Shown here: in pieces, positions 32,929 through 43,160 of the stretch
Layout of the letters: every line of letters begins with the position of its first letter
Numbering within the stretch: the first letter of the stretch is position 1
Assembly: GCA_947259245.1 (NCBI GenBank)
Contig: CAMYLP010000003.1
Location: 27,118 to 91,117, forward strand
Direction: 5' to 3'
Origin: an uncultured Patescibacteria group bacterium
GTDB taxonomy: Bacteria > Patescibacteriota > Minisyncoccia > Phycocordibacterales > UBA12088
DNA length: 64,000 bases
Notes under the pieces: generated by a model
What the model was told of the DNA's origin: nothing
Database searches by the model: none
Seen by the model: only the letters and a program-made list of their open reading frames with translations
Made by a program: the position numbers and the translations under genes

Positions 32929-33924
32929 ATGAGCGAACTAGATTTTGTATCCATAGGTGACATTACAACAGATGAATTTATTCAGTTGCGTGAGGATCGT
33001 GCCGTAGTGAATCGGGCACTGTCTGGACGCGATGTCCTCTCCATGTACTTTGGCGATAAGCTGGAGTACGACAACGCAATCAATGTGCCTGCGGTAGGCA
33101 ATAGCCCAAATGCTGCAGTGTCTGCGAAGCGCCTTGGTTTGAACACTGCCCTTGTGACGGACATCGGTAATGATGAAGGTGGCGAGGAGATTCGTGTATG
33201 GCTTGAGAATGAGGGCATCGATACCCGTTTTGTTGACGTACATGAGGGTAAGGAGACAAATCATCACTACGTACTACGGTACGGTCCAGAGCGCACCATT
33301 CTCATTAAACATGAGACGTACGACTACGTTGTGCCTGATATGGGTTCTCCCAAGTGGGTCTACTTCAGTAGCGTTGGTGAACACGGCATTGAGTACCATC
33401 ACCAGATAGCGGCATACGTGAGGGAACATGAAGGCACGAAGCTGTCATTTCAGCCCGGCTCGTTCCAGATCCAGCTTGGTCATGATGCTCTCAAGGACGT
33501 GTATGCAGCAAGTGAGTTATTCTTCTGTAACAAAGAGGAAGCGCAGCAGATAGTAGAAAGTCAGGAAGAGGATATTAGTAAGCTGCTTGAAATGTTGAAG
33601 GCGCTTGGACCAACGATACCGGTCATCACAGATGGACCATCTGGTGCTTTTGCGCTTGCTGAAGATGGTGTTTGGCACATGCCAATGTATCCGGACCCAG
33701 CACCACCCGTTGATCGTACCGGAGCAGGTGACGCGTTCAGCTCAACCTTCACGGCTGCGCTCGCCCTTGGAAACGATGTACCAACAGCACTTCGCTGGGG
33801 TCCCATAAACTCCATGTCTGTCGTTCAGCATGTTGGTGCACAGAAGGGACTTCTCTCACGCTCTCAGCTTGAGGAGCATTTGGCGAGTGCTCCGGAAGAT
33901 TACGTCGCCACCAAACTGTCATAA
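32929..33924 (+). CDS. PfkB-family carbohydrate kinase
   Basis: GNSPNAAVSAKRLG, NKEEA, VDRTGAGDAF. Confidence 0.92.
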   Translation: MSELDFVSIGDITTDEFIQLREDRAVVNRALSGRDVLSMYFGDKLEYDNAINVPAVGNSPNAAVSAKRLGLNTALVTDIGNDEGGEEIRVWLENEGIDTRFVDVHEGKETNHHYVLRYGPERTILIKHETYDYVVPDMGSPKWVYFSSVGEHGIEYHHQIAAYVREHEGTKLSFQPGSFQIQLGHDALKDVYAASELFFCNKEEAQQIVESQEEDISKLLEMLKALGPTIPVITDGPSGAFALAEDGVWHMPMYPDPAPPVDRTGAGDAFSSTFTAALALGNDVPTALRWGPINSMSVVQHVGAQKGLLSRSQLEEHLASAPEDYVATKLS

Positions 33925-33970
33925 AAGGGACAAACCTGTGCAAATTCAGAATATCCTTGTCGTACTTGGG

Positions 33971-34044
33971 TGCACCCTGCAGGATTCGAACCTGCGACCT
34001 CACCGATGTGAACGGTGCGCTCTAACCGACTGAGCTAAGGGTGC
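33971..34044 (-). tRNA. tRNA-Val(CAC)
   Basis: Cloverleaf GCACCCT...AGGGTGC, anticodon arm CACCG-ttCACat-CGGTG. Confidence 0.95.
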
Positions 34045-34063
34045 AATTACACGTGCTACTCAG

Positions 34064-34438
34064 CTACGCAAGTAGAGATTTTATCTTTTCTGTAAGTTTA
34101 TCCAGAGTCCAGTCTGTCTTGAGCAGACACTCCGTGTGGGCGCTACTTTCGACGATTTCGTTCTCAAGCTCAGGTTGCGTCATGTTTGTCAAAAGAATAA
34201 TGGGGACAGTGGCACCCCATGAGTCGGCACGAAGTTTCTGTACTAACTGGACACCCGTCATTCCAGGCATCATCACATCACACATAACAAGGTCTGGCTG
34301 TAAGGTTATGGCCGTCTGGAGTCCTTGGACGCCATCATGCGTCACGGTGACCTCGAACTCTTCATCCCGCAGTATTTCAGACAACATCTCAGAGAACGCT
34401 AAATCGTCGTCGATTATAAGTATTTTTTTTGCTTCCAT
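34064..34438 (-). CDS. single-domain response regulator (receiver only)
   Basis: ILIIDDD, PDLVMCDVMMPGMTG, IILLTN, LLK. Confidence 0.93.
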   Translation of the reverse strand: MEAKKILIIDDDLAFSEMLSEILRDEEFEVTVTHDGVQGLQTAITLQPDLVMCDVMMPGMTGVQLVQKLRADSWGATVPIILLTNMTQPELENEIVESSAHTECLLKTDWTLDKLTEKIKSLLA

Positions 34439-34477
34439 AATGATGTAATGAATATCAATGATTATTGACCAAATGAC

Positions 34478-35776
34478 CTACGCGGGCAAGTCGACGGTAA
34501 ATGTCGTCCCTTCACCCAGTTGACTGCTAAACGTAATACCGCCCCCCATGGCTTCCGCGAGGGCTTTACACATGTAGAGCCCGATTCCGTTGCCATTCAC
34601 CTCCATACCCTTGGCGTTTGATGCTCGATACAATTTTTGGAATATGCGACCCTGCTCCTCCGGCGGGATTCCTACGCCGTTGTCCTGTACCTCAAGCACA
34701 ATGCCGTGTGACGTTTGCTGAGACCGTAAGAGCACGGTACCGCCGTTCTCAGTATAACGTAGAGCGTTGGACAGTAGGTTTTGCAGTATGATGCGCACCA
34801 GTCGTCCATCCGTATTAAAGTGAAACCCTTCGTTAACCTCCGTACGCAATGTAATGTCCTTATCATGTGCATTTGGCTCCAGCTCCTCTACCACACTAAA
34901 CGTAAGGTTCGTGATATCTGTGTCTTCCTTCTGCACCTGGACACGTCCCATCTCTATCCGGGACAGGTTAAGCAGTGTATTGACAAGATCTATCATGTCT
35001 TCATTTCTGTGGTACATCTTCAGTAAATAGCCCTGCACTTCCTCGGTCAACTGATTTACACGACGTGTCAGTAGAAAGTCTATGTACCACTTCAGATTTG
35101 CTAGCGGGGCCCGTAGCTGATGGCTCGCCAGTGAAAGAAACTCGGTCTTGATACGCTCCAGTTCTTTTTGCTCATGTATGTCGACGAGTGTGACAAGCCC
35201 CTGTCGCCCTTTGTCCTTCTCAAGTAGATTTTCTATGGAGAGCAGCGCCCATCGTAGTGTGCCATTATTTTGTATGATCTGGACTTCCTGTTGCTCAAGC
35301 GCCACCCCACGTGCGACTCGTTCTCTAAACAGCATGAGCTTGTTTTCCTCTTCTGTATTTGTAAAGAGGTCAAAGATATTTTTTTGCATGAGTTCTTCAC
35401 CCGTTAGTCCAAACATTCGAACCGACGCCTTATTAGGTCTGGTGATGCGACCCTGCGGCGTGATCAACAGGTATGGTACCGGCGATAGTTCATAAAACCT
35501 TCTAAATTGGTCCTTTGTAAACGACAGGTCCTTCGTAATCGTGTATGCCATGCGTCTAGCGAGCGAACGTGTGCTCAATGATACAAAGATAACTACTGTC
35601 AGAAGAAATGCTGCTACCGTCGCAACTATGAGAACATAGCGCAGTAGTTCAAGTGCTATGGGAAGTGCTTGTTCAGGTGATTGAAGTACTGCAAGCTGCG
35701 TCGTGTAGTACGTGTATACAAAAAACAGACCGCCGGCGAAAATAACTACGCTCACTATACTTACAATGTACTTCAT
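34478..35776 (-). CDS. PAS-domain sensor histidine kinase
   Basis: Two TM helices, PAS domain, ASHQLRAPL H-box, NLLSNALRY, DNGVGIP, GNGIGL, GTTF. Confidence 0.95.
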   Translation of the reverse strand: MKYIVSIVSVVIFAGGLFFVYTYYTTQLAVLQSPEQALPIALELLRYVLIVATVAAFLLTVVIFVSLSTRSLARRMAYTITKDLSFTKDQFRRFYELSPVPYLLITPQGRITRPNKASVRMFGLTGEELMQKNIFDLFTNTEEENKLMLFRERVARGVALEQQEVQIIQNNGTLRWALLSIENLLEKDKGRQGLVTLVDIHEQKELERIKTEFLSLASHQLRAPLANLKWYIDFLLTRRVNQLTEEVQGYLLKMYHRNEDMIDLVNTLLNLSRIEMGRVQVQKEDTDITNLTFSVVEELEPNAHDKDITLRTEVNEGFHFNTDGRLVRIILQNLLSNALRYTENGGTVLLRSQQTSHGIVLEVQDNGVGIPPEEQGRIFQKLYRASNAKGMEVNGNGIGLYMCKALAEAMGGGITFSSQLGEGTTFTVDLPA

Positions 35777-35925
35777 AAACGGGCACGTCTCGTACGTTGT
35801 ATTAGTATACCACCCGAAAGATGTATAGATTATCAGTTGTATACACATCTATCGTACGTGCTGCCCCCTTGCGCTCTGCGCACGGGATAGTGTAGTATTC
35901 GTACTCACGGATAACGACTGCAGAC

Positions 35926-35999
35926 GGGCCCGTAGCTCAGTTGGCTAGAGCGCCTCATTTGCACTGAGGAGGTCGGGGGTTCGATTCCTCTCGGGTCCA
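35926..35999 (+). tRNA. tRNA-Ala(UGC)
   Basis: GGGCCCG...CGGGTCC with G3:U70, anticodon arm CCTCA-ttTGCac-TGAGG. Confidence 0.96.
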
Positions 36000-36312
36000 C
36001 AAAGCGACAAGCCTAAAGCGACAGCTTTGGGCTTGTTGCGTACTTGTGGTCACAGGAAGTCGCTACCCTACTATTGCCGAAGCGCACTTAGTATTTAAGG
36101 AGCTTGCGACGCAAATGCTTAGTGATGCATCGTCGATTCCCCGCACAACGCGCAGTTCGGCTTAGTGACGCGTGACAACAAGCACCGCCGTATATGGTTT
36201 TGCGTTTGTAGAACCGAAGCGAGGTGTCTGTGTATAGTCCACGCGGACCCTGTACAACTACCCTCTTTTGTTCTACTGTGCTGCTAGATTCATTAAATGC
36301 GGAGGGAACGTG

Positions 36313-36591
36313 ATGGACAAGCATTCTGTACCCCGAATCGCATTCGAGTACCTTTTGGTACTACTCACAGGATTTAAGGAGTGGGTGGCAGCTTTTGTAC
36401 TCATTGTGATCGTTCTGTGCGTGTATGCTTTCGAGAGTGGCAAGTGGCTCTATGTTGTAGGCGTAATGGCCGGCGTAGCTGTTCTGGTGATTCTCTATGC
36501 CTTAGTTGTCGTATACGCAAACAAGTACACCACTTCCAGTGGTTGCAAGGGCCACCCTATTGAAGGTAAACCCCCAAAGGACAATGAGTGA
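36313..36591 (+). CDS. small two-TM membrane protein (92 aa, orphan)
   Basis: SD GGAGGG, two hydrophobic helices, terminator directly after the stop. Confidence 0.65.
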   Translation: MDKHSVPRIAFEYLLVLLTGFKEWVAAFVLIVIVLCVYAFESGKWLYVVGVMAGVAVLVILYALVVVYANKYTTSSGCKGHPIEGKPPKDNE

Positions 36592-36620
36592 AAAAAGTCG
36601 CCAGCACTACTGGCGACTTT
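36592..36620. terminator. bidirectional terminator
   Basis: AAAGTCGCCAG-cacta-CTGGCGACTTT. Confidence 0.75.
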
Positions 36621-37742
36621 CTACGACTGGACGAAAGGTGTGGTACCTGCCATGTCATGCTCATACCAACCGCTTGAAATGTAGGTGTTTGTAGCATCAG
36701 CCAGTGCACTTACATCTGTAAATCTACCGTCAACACTTGAACCGAGAACCACGACGACTATTGGATGATCCATGCCTGCATCGTATATGATCGCCAAATT
36801 GCCACCAGCTTCGTCAGTGTAGCCGGTTTTGCTTCCAAGCATCCCGGGGCGATCAAGTACGTATTCGTTTGTGTTGACTGCTTCATGGATAAATCCTGTC
36901 GTCGACTCGAACGACCTACTGTAGTAGGCGGTGTCGCGGAAGACTTCAGGCTGTTCGTTCCATACATGGGCAACGAGTCGAGCTACGTCCTCGGCAGTAC
37001 CCGTACCTCCGTACCCGTACTGCTCCGAATCAAGTCCGGACGGGTTTCGATATGTGGTGTTCATGAGTCCAAGCGTCGATGCGCGTCTGTTCATACGCTC
37101 CACAAACTTGTCAACATGGGCATATTCTGCTGACGTGTTAGCTGTCGTGCCGTCTACCGAGCCGACTGCCATCGCTACCGCGTTAGCACCATCATTACTG
37201 CTCGTCATCATCAAAAACGACACAAGGTCACTCAGTCGCCATGTTTCCTGTGCTAGCAGGCCTGAATCACCCTCGGCCTGTATGGCTGAGGGGCTTATCG
37301 TTACATCAGCATCAGGATTGCCCTCCTCGTACGCCAAAAGACCGGTCATCATTTTTGTCAACGATGCGAGCGGGCGAACCTCCGCTTCGTTTCGGGCGTA
37401 CAGCACTTTGCCGGTACGCACATCGTAGACAACCGCGGCACGGGCCTCAATATCGACAGATAAGAGAGGGTTCTCTGTGTTGGGCGTAACGACCGTGCGT
37501 AGATCTGTGACGGGTCCTGCGAGGGGCAGATGTTCAGCACTGAACCACGAGACGGTCGACGCCACCAGCACTGCACCGGTGATAATGACAGCCGCTGCAA
37601 ATGCACGCGTCTGTTCTTGCGTAGAATCGAGTACCGAGTCTACCATGACCTCGCCGCTACGCGACTGCAGCACAAGTGTGTGGTCCTCAAGTACTGTCTC
37701 GCGTGGCATAGTTTCGTGTTGTGTGTTCTCTGCATCTGACAT
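36621..37742 (-). CDS. D-alanyl-D-alanine carboxypeptidase (peptidase S11)
   Basis: PLASLTKMMT (SxxK), SSND (SxN), SKTGYT. Confidence 0.92.
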   Translation of the reverse strand: MSDAENTQHETMPRETVLEDHTLVLQSRSGEVMVDSVLDSTQEQTRAFAAAVIITGAVLVASTVSWFSAEHLPLAGPVTDLRTVVTPNTENPLLSVDIEARAAVVYDVRTGKVLYARNEAEVRPLASLTKMMTGLLAYEEGNPDADVTISPSAIQAEGDSGLLAQETWRLSDLVSFLMMTSSNDGANAVAMAVGSVDGTTANTSAEYAHVDKFVERMNRRASTLGLMNTTYRNPSGLDSEQYGYGGTGTAEDVARLVAHVWNEQPEVFRDTAYYSRSFESTTGFIHEAVNTNEYVLDRPGMLGSKTGYTDEAGGNLAIIYDAGMDHPIVVVVLGSSVDGRFTDVSALADATNTYISSGWYEHDMAGTTPFVQS

Positions 37743-37743
37743 A

Positions 37744-38340
37744 CTATATTTGCTTCACTGATGAGACACCATGTTCCGTCGTCTCAGGTGAGGTCGTCTC
37801 ACTTTCCCCGCGGGCTTCCTCCTCAAAACTACGTAGTTTTTGCCTCGTTTCCTCGTATGCCGGTAACTCCTTCACGTTCATCACACCCAAGTGCTTTAGC
37901 AGCTCAACCGTGGGCTGATATACATAGGAGCGAGCGTTCTTTGGATTTCGCACTCGTTCTATCAGACCGCGAATTAATAGGTTGCGCACGACGAACGAAC
38001 TGTTAACGCCTCGCACGAAATCAATTTCAGCACGCGTGGCCGGTCCACGATACAGTACGATCGAGAGTGTTTCTGATCCAGCTTTTCCAAGGTCCCGCAC
38101 TATTTCAGCTTTTCTCATCGCTGTCACTACATCACTCGCTTCAGGGGCTGTGACAAGCTCAAGTTTATCTTCCAATATCAGAAGGCGTATTCCTCGATGA
38201 GCCAACGAGGCAGATAGGTGCTGGGCAGCTCCTTCAAGCTCCTCTGGTGACACATTCAGTATCTTGCATAGGTGCTTTTTACTCTCTGGTTCTCCTTTGA
38301 AGAATAGTACGGCTTCTAGTTTGTTCTCAATACCTGTCAT
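37744..38340 (-). CDS. scpB: SMC-Scp complex subunit ScpB
   Basis: LEAVLF, ETLSIVLYRGPATRAEIDFVRGVNS, LLIRGLI. Confidence 0.95.
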   Translation of the reverse strand: MTGIENKLEAVLFFKGEPESKKHLCKILNVSPEELEGAAQHLSASLAHRGIRLLILEDKLELVTAPEASDVVTAMRKAEIVRDLGKAGSETLSIVLYRGPATRAEIDFVRGVNSSFVVRNLLIRGLIERVRNPKNARSYVYQPTVELLKHLGVMNVKELPAYEETRQKLRSFEEEARGESETTSPETTEHGVSSVKQI

Positions 38341-38360
38341 GTTACCTCTACGAAATATGA

Positions 38361-39095
38361 TTATGAACTATAGTGCGGAACACCCACTGTATCACAGTGC
38401 ATATGTATATCACCACACCTACTTTCCTGCTCGACGCGTATGATACCTTGATGCACAAGCTCAAGCATGGCAAGAAATGACACTATCATATTTACCTTAC
38501 CCTCTGGAGCGTTGGTTGCAAATTGGCGGAATGATATGCGCATACCCTCATTTACGCGCCGGGTTAGCCGGTCAATCATTTCTTCCAATGAAACAACCCT
38601 TTGCACTGTCTGCTCGGTAAGTGCTTGCTTTTGCTCTGGCAAATTGTTCAAGACACTTTCAATAGAACGTAGCATGTTGTCTTGTGTTGTATCCTTGAGT
38701 GGAGAGAATACGTTTAGGGTTCGGTGTACACGTCTCCCACTGAAGAGCGGCGTGTGTCCAAAGCTGTTCGCAATGTCGCGGCCCCGTGTCTTGAACACAT
38801 CCAGTGCCTTAAGCCGCATTTCTAGGTCTGCGATAGAATCCTGCTCGTCAGTGGTGAGTGAAAGTACCGGCAGCAACGATTTTGACTTTATCAGTAAGAG
38901 TGTTGACCCTGTGAGAATAAACTGTGCTGTCTCCGCCATTGGGAATTCAGGGTGCTGTTCAATGTACTTCAAGTAATCCTCGCTGACCGTGGCGAGTGAT
39001 ATATCATTTATCAGGAGTTTTCGCTTCTCAATGAGAGAAAGGAGCAACTCCAGGGGGCCTTCGAAGACCTCGGTACTTATTTTGTACGAGTCCAC
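38361..39095 (-). CDS. scpA: segregation/condensation protein A
   Basis: FEGPLELLLSLI, IKSKSLLP, FLAMLEL; GTG start. Confidence 0.95.
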   Translation of the reverse strand: MDSYKISTEVFEGPLELLLSLIEKRKLLINDISLATVSEDYLKYIEQHPEFPMAETAQFILTGSTLLLIKSKSLLPVLSLTTDEQDSIADLEMRLKALDVFKTRGRDIANSFGHTPLFSGRRVHRTLNVFSPLKDTTQDNMLRSIESVLNNLPEQKQALTEQTVQRVVSLEEMIDRLTRRVNEGMRISFRQFATNAPEGKVNMIVSFLAMLELVHQGIIRVEQESRCGDIHMHCDTVGVPHYSS

Positions 39096-39132
39096 ACCGA
39101 TATTGTACCACCAATACTGTTATCCCTGCAGA

Positions 39133-40470
39133 CTAGTTGTTCAGTTTCGTGTCGATACGGTTTATCTCGCGCGGGAAGAGTGTTGCCTCCTTGACGTTGT
39201 CAAGGTCAAGCATCTTTTCGGTAAGACGTTCAAGTCCCATACCCCATCCACCGTGGGGCGGCATGCCGTACTTGAAGGCCATTAGGTAAAAGGTAAAGTT
39301 GTCCGGATCCAATCCCCGCTCCTCCAGTCGCTTCAGAAGCATATCGTGATCGTGGATACGTTGACCTCCTGTGGTTATTTCAACACCTCGAAACAACAGA
39401 TCGTAACTCTTTGTGTACCCTTTATCACCTTCGTCCTCGTACGTGTAGAACGGACGTTTCGCCACGGGATAGTGCGTGATGAAGATAAAATCTGACGCGT
39501 ACTTTTTGTTCGCGTATTCACATAGCCAGCGCTCGTGTTCCGGGGCGAGGTCCGGTTCGTTGACACAGTCTTCTCCGGTTTCGTCCGCGATGAGCTGTAG
39601 TGCCTCACGTAACTTCATGTGTGGGAATTCATCAACTGGCACCAATGGTAGTGACGCATTGAGCGTTGCAAACTCAGTACTACATGTTTCTTTGAGATGC
39701 GACACCATATTCCGCATAAGCTCCACCTGGACTTCCATGACATCCGTATGGTCTTCAATGAATCCGAACTCAGCATCGAGACTTGTGTACTCATTTAAGT
39801 GTCTGCTCGTGCTGTGCAACTCAGCACGGAACACATTACCGATACTGAACACACGTTCGTAGACACCCACCATGATCTGCTTGTAGAGCTGCGGGCTCGT
39901 CGCGAGGTATGCCCACTTGTCCTTCAAGTATTCAAGACGGAATATGTTGCCACCGCCTTCAGCGTCGCCACCCACGATCTTGGGCGCCTCAAACTCAACA
40001 AATCCATTGGAGATAAGGAATGTCCGGTATGCCTGCAGTATCTCATGTTGCACTTTAAAAATGGCACGCATGCGTTCGCTGCGCAGTGTGAAGGGCCGGT
40101 TGTCGAGAAGTGTATCGAGGTTTACTTCGGCATCCTTCTCAAAGGGCAGTTCTTCTGCCCTTGCCAGTACCTGTAGCTCGAGCAGTTCGAGCTCTATATC
40201 GCCATTGGGTTGGTCTTTGTTTACCATTTTCTCCGGTCGTACGTTCACCTTCGCCTTTGCCCGTATGGCAAACTCTGAACGTACCTCACCGGCGATAGCC
40301 ACCGCCTCTTCATGGTTCGGAAGTGCAACACCCTGCACAATACCGGTGCGATCACGGATATCTAGGAAAATGAGTTTACCGTGATCACGACGCACGTCTA
40401 CGTACCCTGCAACAGTGACCTCAGTGTCTATATGGTCGTGTAGATCTCCAATGTTTGTTCTGTCTTGCAT
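39133..40470 (-). CDS. aspS: aspartate--tRNA(Asp/Asn) ligase, short non-discriminating type
   Basis: 445 aa without a GAD insert; EGGGN, SPQLYKQ, FRAE, GGQRIH, PPHGGWGMGLER. Confidence 0.92.
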   Translation of the reverse strand: MQDRTNIGDLHDHIDTEVTVAGYVDVRRDHGKLIFLDIRDRTGIVQGVALPNHEEAVAIAGEVRSEFAIRAKAKVNVRPEKMVNKDQPNGDIELELLELQVLARAEELPFEKDAEVNLDTLLDNRPFTLRSERMRAIFKVQHEILQAYRTFLISNGFVEFEAPKIVGGDAEGGGNIFRLEYLKDKWAYLATSPQLYKQIMVGVYERVFSIGNVFRAELHSTSRHLNEYTSLDAEFGFIEDHTDVMEVQVELMRNMVSHLKETCSTEFATLNASLPLVPVDEFPHMKLREALQLIADETGEDCVNEPDLAPEHERWLCEYANKKYASDFIFITHYPVAKRPFYTYEDEGDKGYTKSYDLLFRGVEITTGGQRIHDHDMLLKRLEERGLDPDNFTFYLMAFKYGMPPHGGWGMGLERLTEKMLDLDNVKEATLFPREINRIDTKLNN

Positions 40471-40485
40471 GGTTCTTTCCCAATG

Positions 40486-41457
40486 TTAAATAGTTACACC
40501 CACTACACGCCGCACCTCTTCCATCTTCTTTAGTGCGACCATGCGCGCTTTCTCCGCGCCCTCAGCAAGTACTTCCTCCACTAATCCTTGCTTCCCCTGC
40601 AGCTCTGTGCGTTTTTCTCGAAGCGGGGTTACCAACGCTATGAGACGTTCCGCAAGTACCTCCTTACTTTCTTTGTACCCTATACCTCCTTCACGGTATC
40701 GCTTCTCTATATCATCCAGCGCCTCTGTTCCAACAAGCTTGTGTAGGGCAAACACATTACAGGTTTCGGGATCCTTTGGCTCGTCTACGCCCTTGCTGTC
40801 GGTAACTACACTCATCGCAGACTTACGAAGCTCGTCATTTGAAGCAAAGAGTGGGATGGTGTTGTTGTAGCTCTTGCTCATCTTCTGTCCGTCCACACCA
40901 GGCACGACGGCAACATTCTTTGGTGTGTAGGTATTTGGCAGTTTGAAGGTATCTCCGTACATCCGGTTAAATTTTTCAGCTGTGTCGCGAGCGTATTCTA
41001 CATGCTGCTTCTGGTCAGCGCCTACCGGCACGACATCCGGCTCATAGAGTAGTATGTCTGCAGCCATAAGCATGGGGTAGTCAAAGGTGCCTACATTTAT
41101 TTCCTTACCCCTAGCTACTGCATCCTTGTATGCGTGAGCGCGTTGCAGATACGGCATTGTAGTGATGGTATTGAAAATCCAACAGAGCTCTGTATGTTCC
41201 GGAAGATCCGACTGCTTAAACAGTACGACAGACTTTGGATCAAGACCGACTGCAAGATAGTCGAGTACTACATCAATGATGTTCTGGCGAAGTTTTTCAG
41301 CATCGTGAACAGTGTTCATGGCGTGATAGTCTGCAACAAACACGAACGCGTCATGCGTCTCCGCGAGCGCGACGAACTGACGCATGGCACCAAAGTAGTT
41401 GCCGATATGCGATCGTCCTGACGGCTTTACTCCTGACAGTAGGCGTTTTTTCGACAT
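40486..41457 (-). CDS. trpS: tryptophan--tRNA ligase
   Basis: HIGNY, YPMLMAADIL, VGADQKQH, KMSKS. Confidence 0.98.
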   Translation of the reverse strand: MSKKRLLSGVKPSGRSHIGNYFGAMRQFVALAETHDAFVFVADYHAMNTVHDAEKLRQNIIDVVLDYLAVGLDPKSVVLFKQSDLPEHTELCWIFNTITTMPYLQRAHAYKDAVARGKEINVGTFDYPMLMAADILLYEPDVVPVGADQKQHVEYARDTAEKFNRMYGDTFKLPNTYTPKNVAVVPGVDGQKMSKSYNNTIPLFASNDELRKSAMSVVTDSKGVDEPKDPETCNVFALHKLVGTEALDDIEKRYREGGIGYKESKEVLAERLIALVTPLREKRTELQGKQGLVEEVLAEGAEKARMVALKKMEEVRRVVGVTI

Positions 41458-41490
41458 GTAGGTGAATATAGCAGATACCGCCGTATCGTG

Positions 41491-43158
41491 CTACTTTTCC
41501 AACTTCGTATTATCCTCATCATACAGCGGCAACTCGACCGTAAACGTCGTTCCCTGACCCACACCTGGGCTGGTAATGTGTATCCAACCATCGTGTGCCT
41601 TTACTATTTCACGAGCAATGTAGAGACCGAGACCTGCGCCGTACACGGACACCGTATTTGCGTTCGACGCGCGGTTAAATTTCTGGAACAGATTTTGGAG
41701 CTCATCTGCGGCGATGCCGATACCGGTATCAGACACCGTTATCAAGACTCTGTTACTTGCCATGGAAAGTTTGAGATGCACCTTGATGGAACCCTCAATA
41801 GTGTACTTGATAGCGTTGTCGATGAGGTTTTGAAATACCTGACTGAGCTTGCTTTCGTCCGCAGCAACATACACCGGCTCGTCGACATCTGAAGTGAGAG
41901 CGATTTCAAGCCCCTTTTGTTCGCCAATAACGGAGAGCTCTTCCACCTCTTTGCGAACCATGTCCTGAATATCACTCTTGCGTAGGTTGTAGCTCATGCG
42001 ACCCTGCTCGATACGCGTCACATTCAGGAAGTCGTCCACCATAATACTGATGCGCTTGCCTGACTCAAAGATGCGCGAGAGTGGCTCTGAGAGGCCCTTG
42101 GGTACCTTTCCGTAGCTCCCATCACGTGTAAGTGATGCGTAACCCACGATGGCGGCTATGGGCCCGCGTAGCTGATGGCTAGCAATGGAGACGAACTCGG
42201 TTTTCTGTTTGTCGAGCGTGCGTAAGCGAGCATTCGCGTTCGCGAGATAGCGCGCGAGACGTTCTCCTTTTTCACGGTACTCTATCTCTTGCGATATTTG
42301 GTGCAGTAACAACGAACTTAGGATCGTTAATACGACGAGCACGATCAACATGAACATGAGCTCGAAGATAGATCGCACGAAGAACAATGCCAGGAGTGCA
42401 ATGATGGGTATCAGGTACGCGTATGCCTGTGCAACGGTCGAGCGAAAATCAAGAATGTCATACTTAAACATTCCGTATACAATGACGAATACCATTAAAA
42501 GCGAGATGGTGGGACCGATCCAAAAAAATTGAAATATGTTGAACTGAGGTAAAACAAGGTTTGTGAGTACACCAATAGGACCGGCTGAAGCTGTACCTGC
42601 CAGTACATACTTTGACTGCATACGTTTCACGCTTGAAGTATGCACGTGGTGCAAGACCATGTGATAAAAGGCTACAGCGAATAGTCCAAATATGTAGAAG
42701 ATATAAACGTTGTGCCATGGGCCAAAGCGCACCTTACGTAAGCCATCGTCAATATATGACTCGCCCACAAGCAACGTTGAAAATAGCAAGAGAGCACTAA
42801 TGACAATAAATGAGATAATGTATGGCGCGTTTCGTGTCACTATTGTCAGATACGACACGTCATTGCTTACCCGCTGAGATACTGCAAACAGCACAAAACT
42901 GAGTGGAATAGAAGCTGCGGTTACGTACAACATTTTTGTAACGAAGTCCAGGTACACATTGCCAAGCGGAAGAATGTCAAAAAACGAGTGGGCAATAGCC
43001 CAAGACGCAACACCAATTGTGAGGAGAAAGAATGAGAAACCAGTCTTTTTATTCCGTAACGTCCCAAGCAGGTACGAAAGACCAAGAAGCAAGGTCAGTA
43101 CCGATGCTATTATGAGCAGCCCCGACCGTACGGTGATTATTGAATGTACTGCGTCCAT
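41491..43158 (-). CDS. sensor histidine kinase with a multi-TM (HisKA_7TM-like) input domain
   Basis: About 9 hydrophobic helices; ASHQLRGP, NLIDNAIKY, DTGIGI, GAGLGL. Confidence 0.92.
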   Translation of the reverse strand: MDAVHSIITVRSGLLIIASVLTLLLGLSYLLGTLRNKKTGFSFFLLTIGVASWAIAHSFFDILPLGNVYLDFVTKMLYVTAASIPLSFVLFAVSQRVSNDVSYLTIVTRNAPYIISFIVISALLLFSTLLVGESYIDDGLRKVRFGPWHNVYIFYIFGLFAVAFYHMVLHHVHTSSVKRMQSKYVLAGTASAGPIGVLTNLVLPQFNIFQFFWIGPTISLLMVFVIVYGMFKYDILDFRSTVAQAYAYLIPIIALLALFFVRSIFELMFMLIVLVVLTILSSLLLHQISQEIEYREKGERLARYLANANARLRTLDKQKTEFVSIASHQLRGPIAAIVGYASLTRDGSYGKVPKGLSEPLSRIFESGKRISIMVDDFLNVTRIEQGRMSYNLRKSDIQDMVRKEVEELSVIGEQKGLEIALTSDVDEPVYVAADESKLSQVFQNLIDNAIKYTIEGSIKVHLKLSMASNRVLITVSDTGIGIAADELQNLFQKFNRASNANTVSVYGAGLGLYIAREIVKAHDGWIHITSPGVGQGTTFTVELPLYDEDNTKLEK

Positions 43159-43160
43159 GT

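Noticed and set aside
27424-36000. tRNA genes as integration sites for islands or prophage
   Set aside because: I saw no integrase, no duplicated tRNA 3' end and no phage genes.
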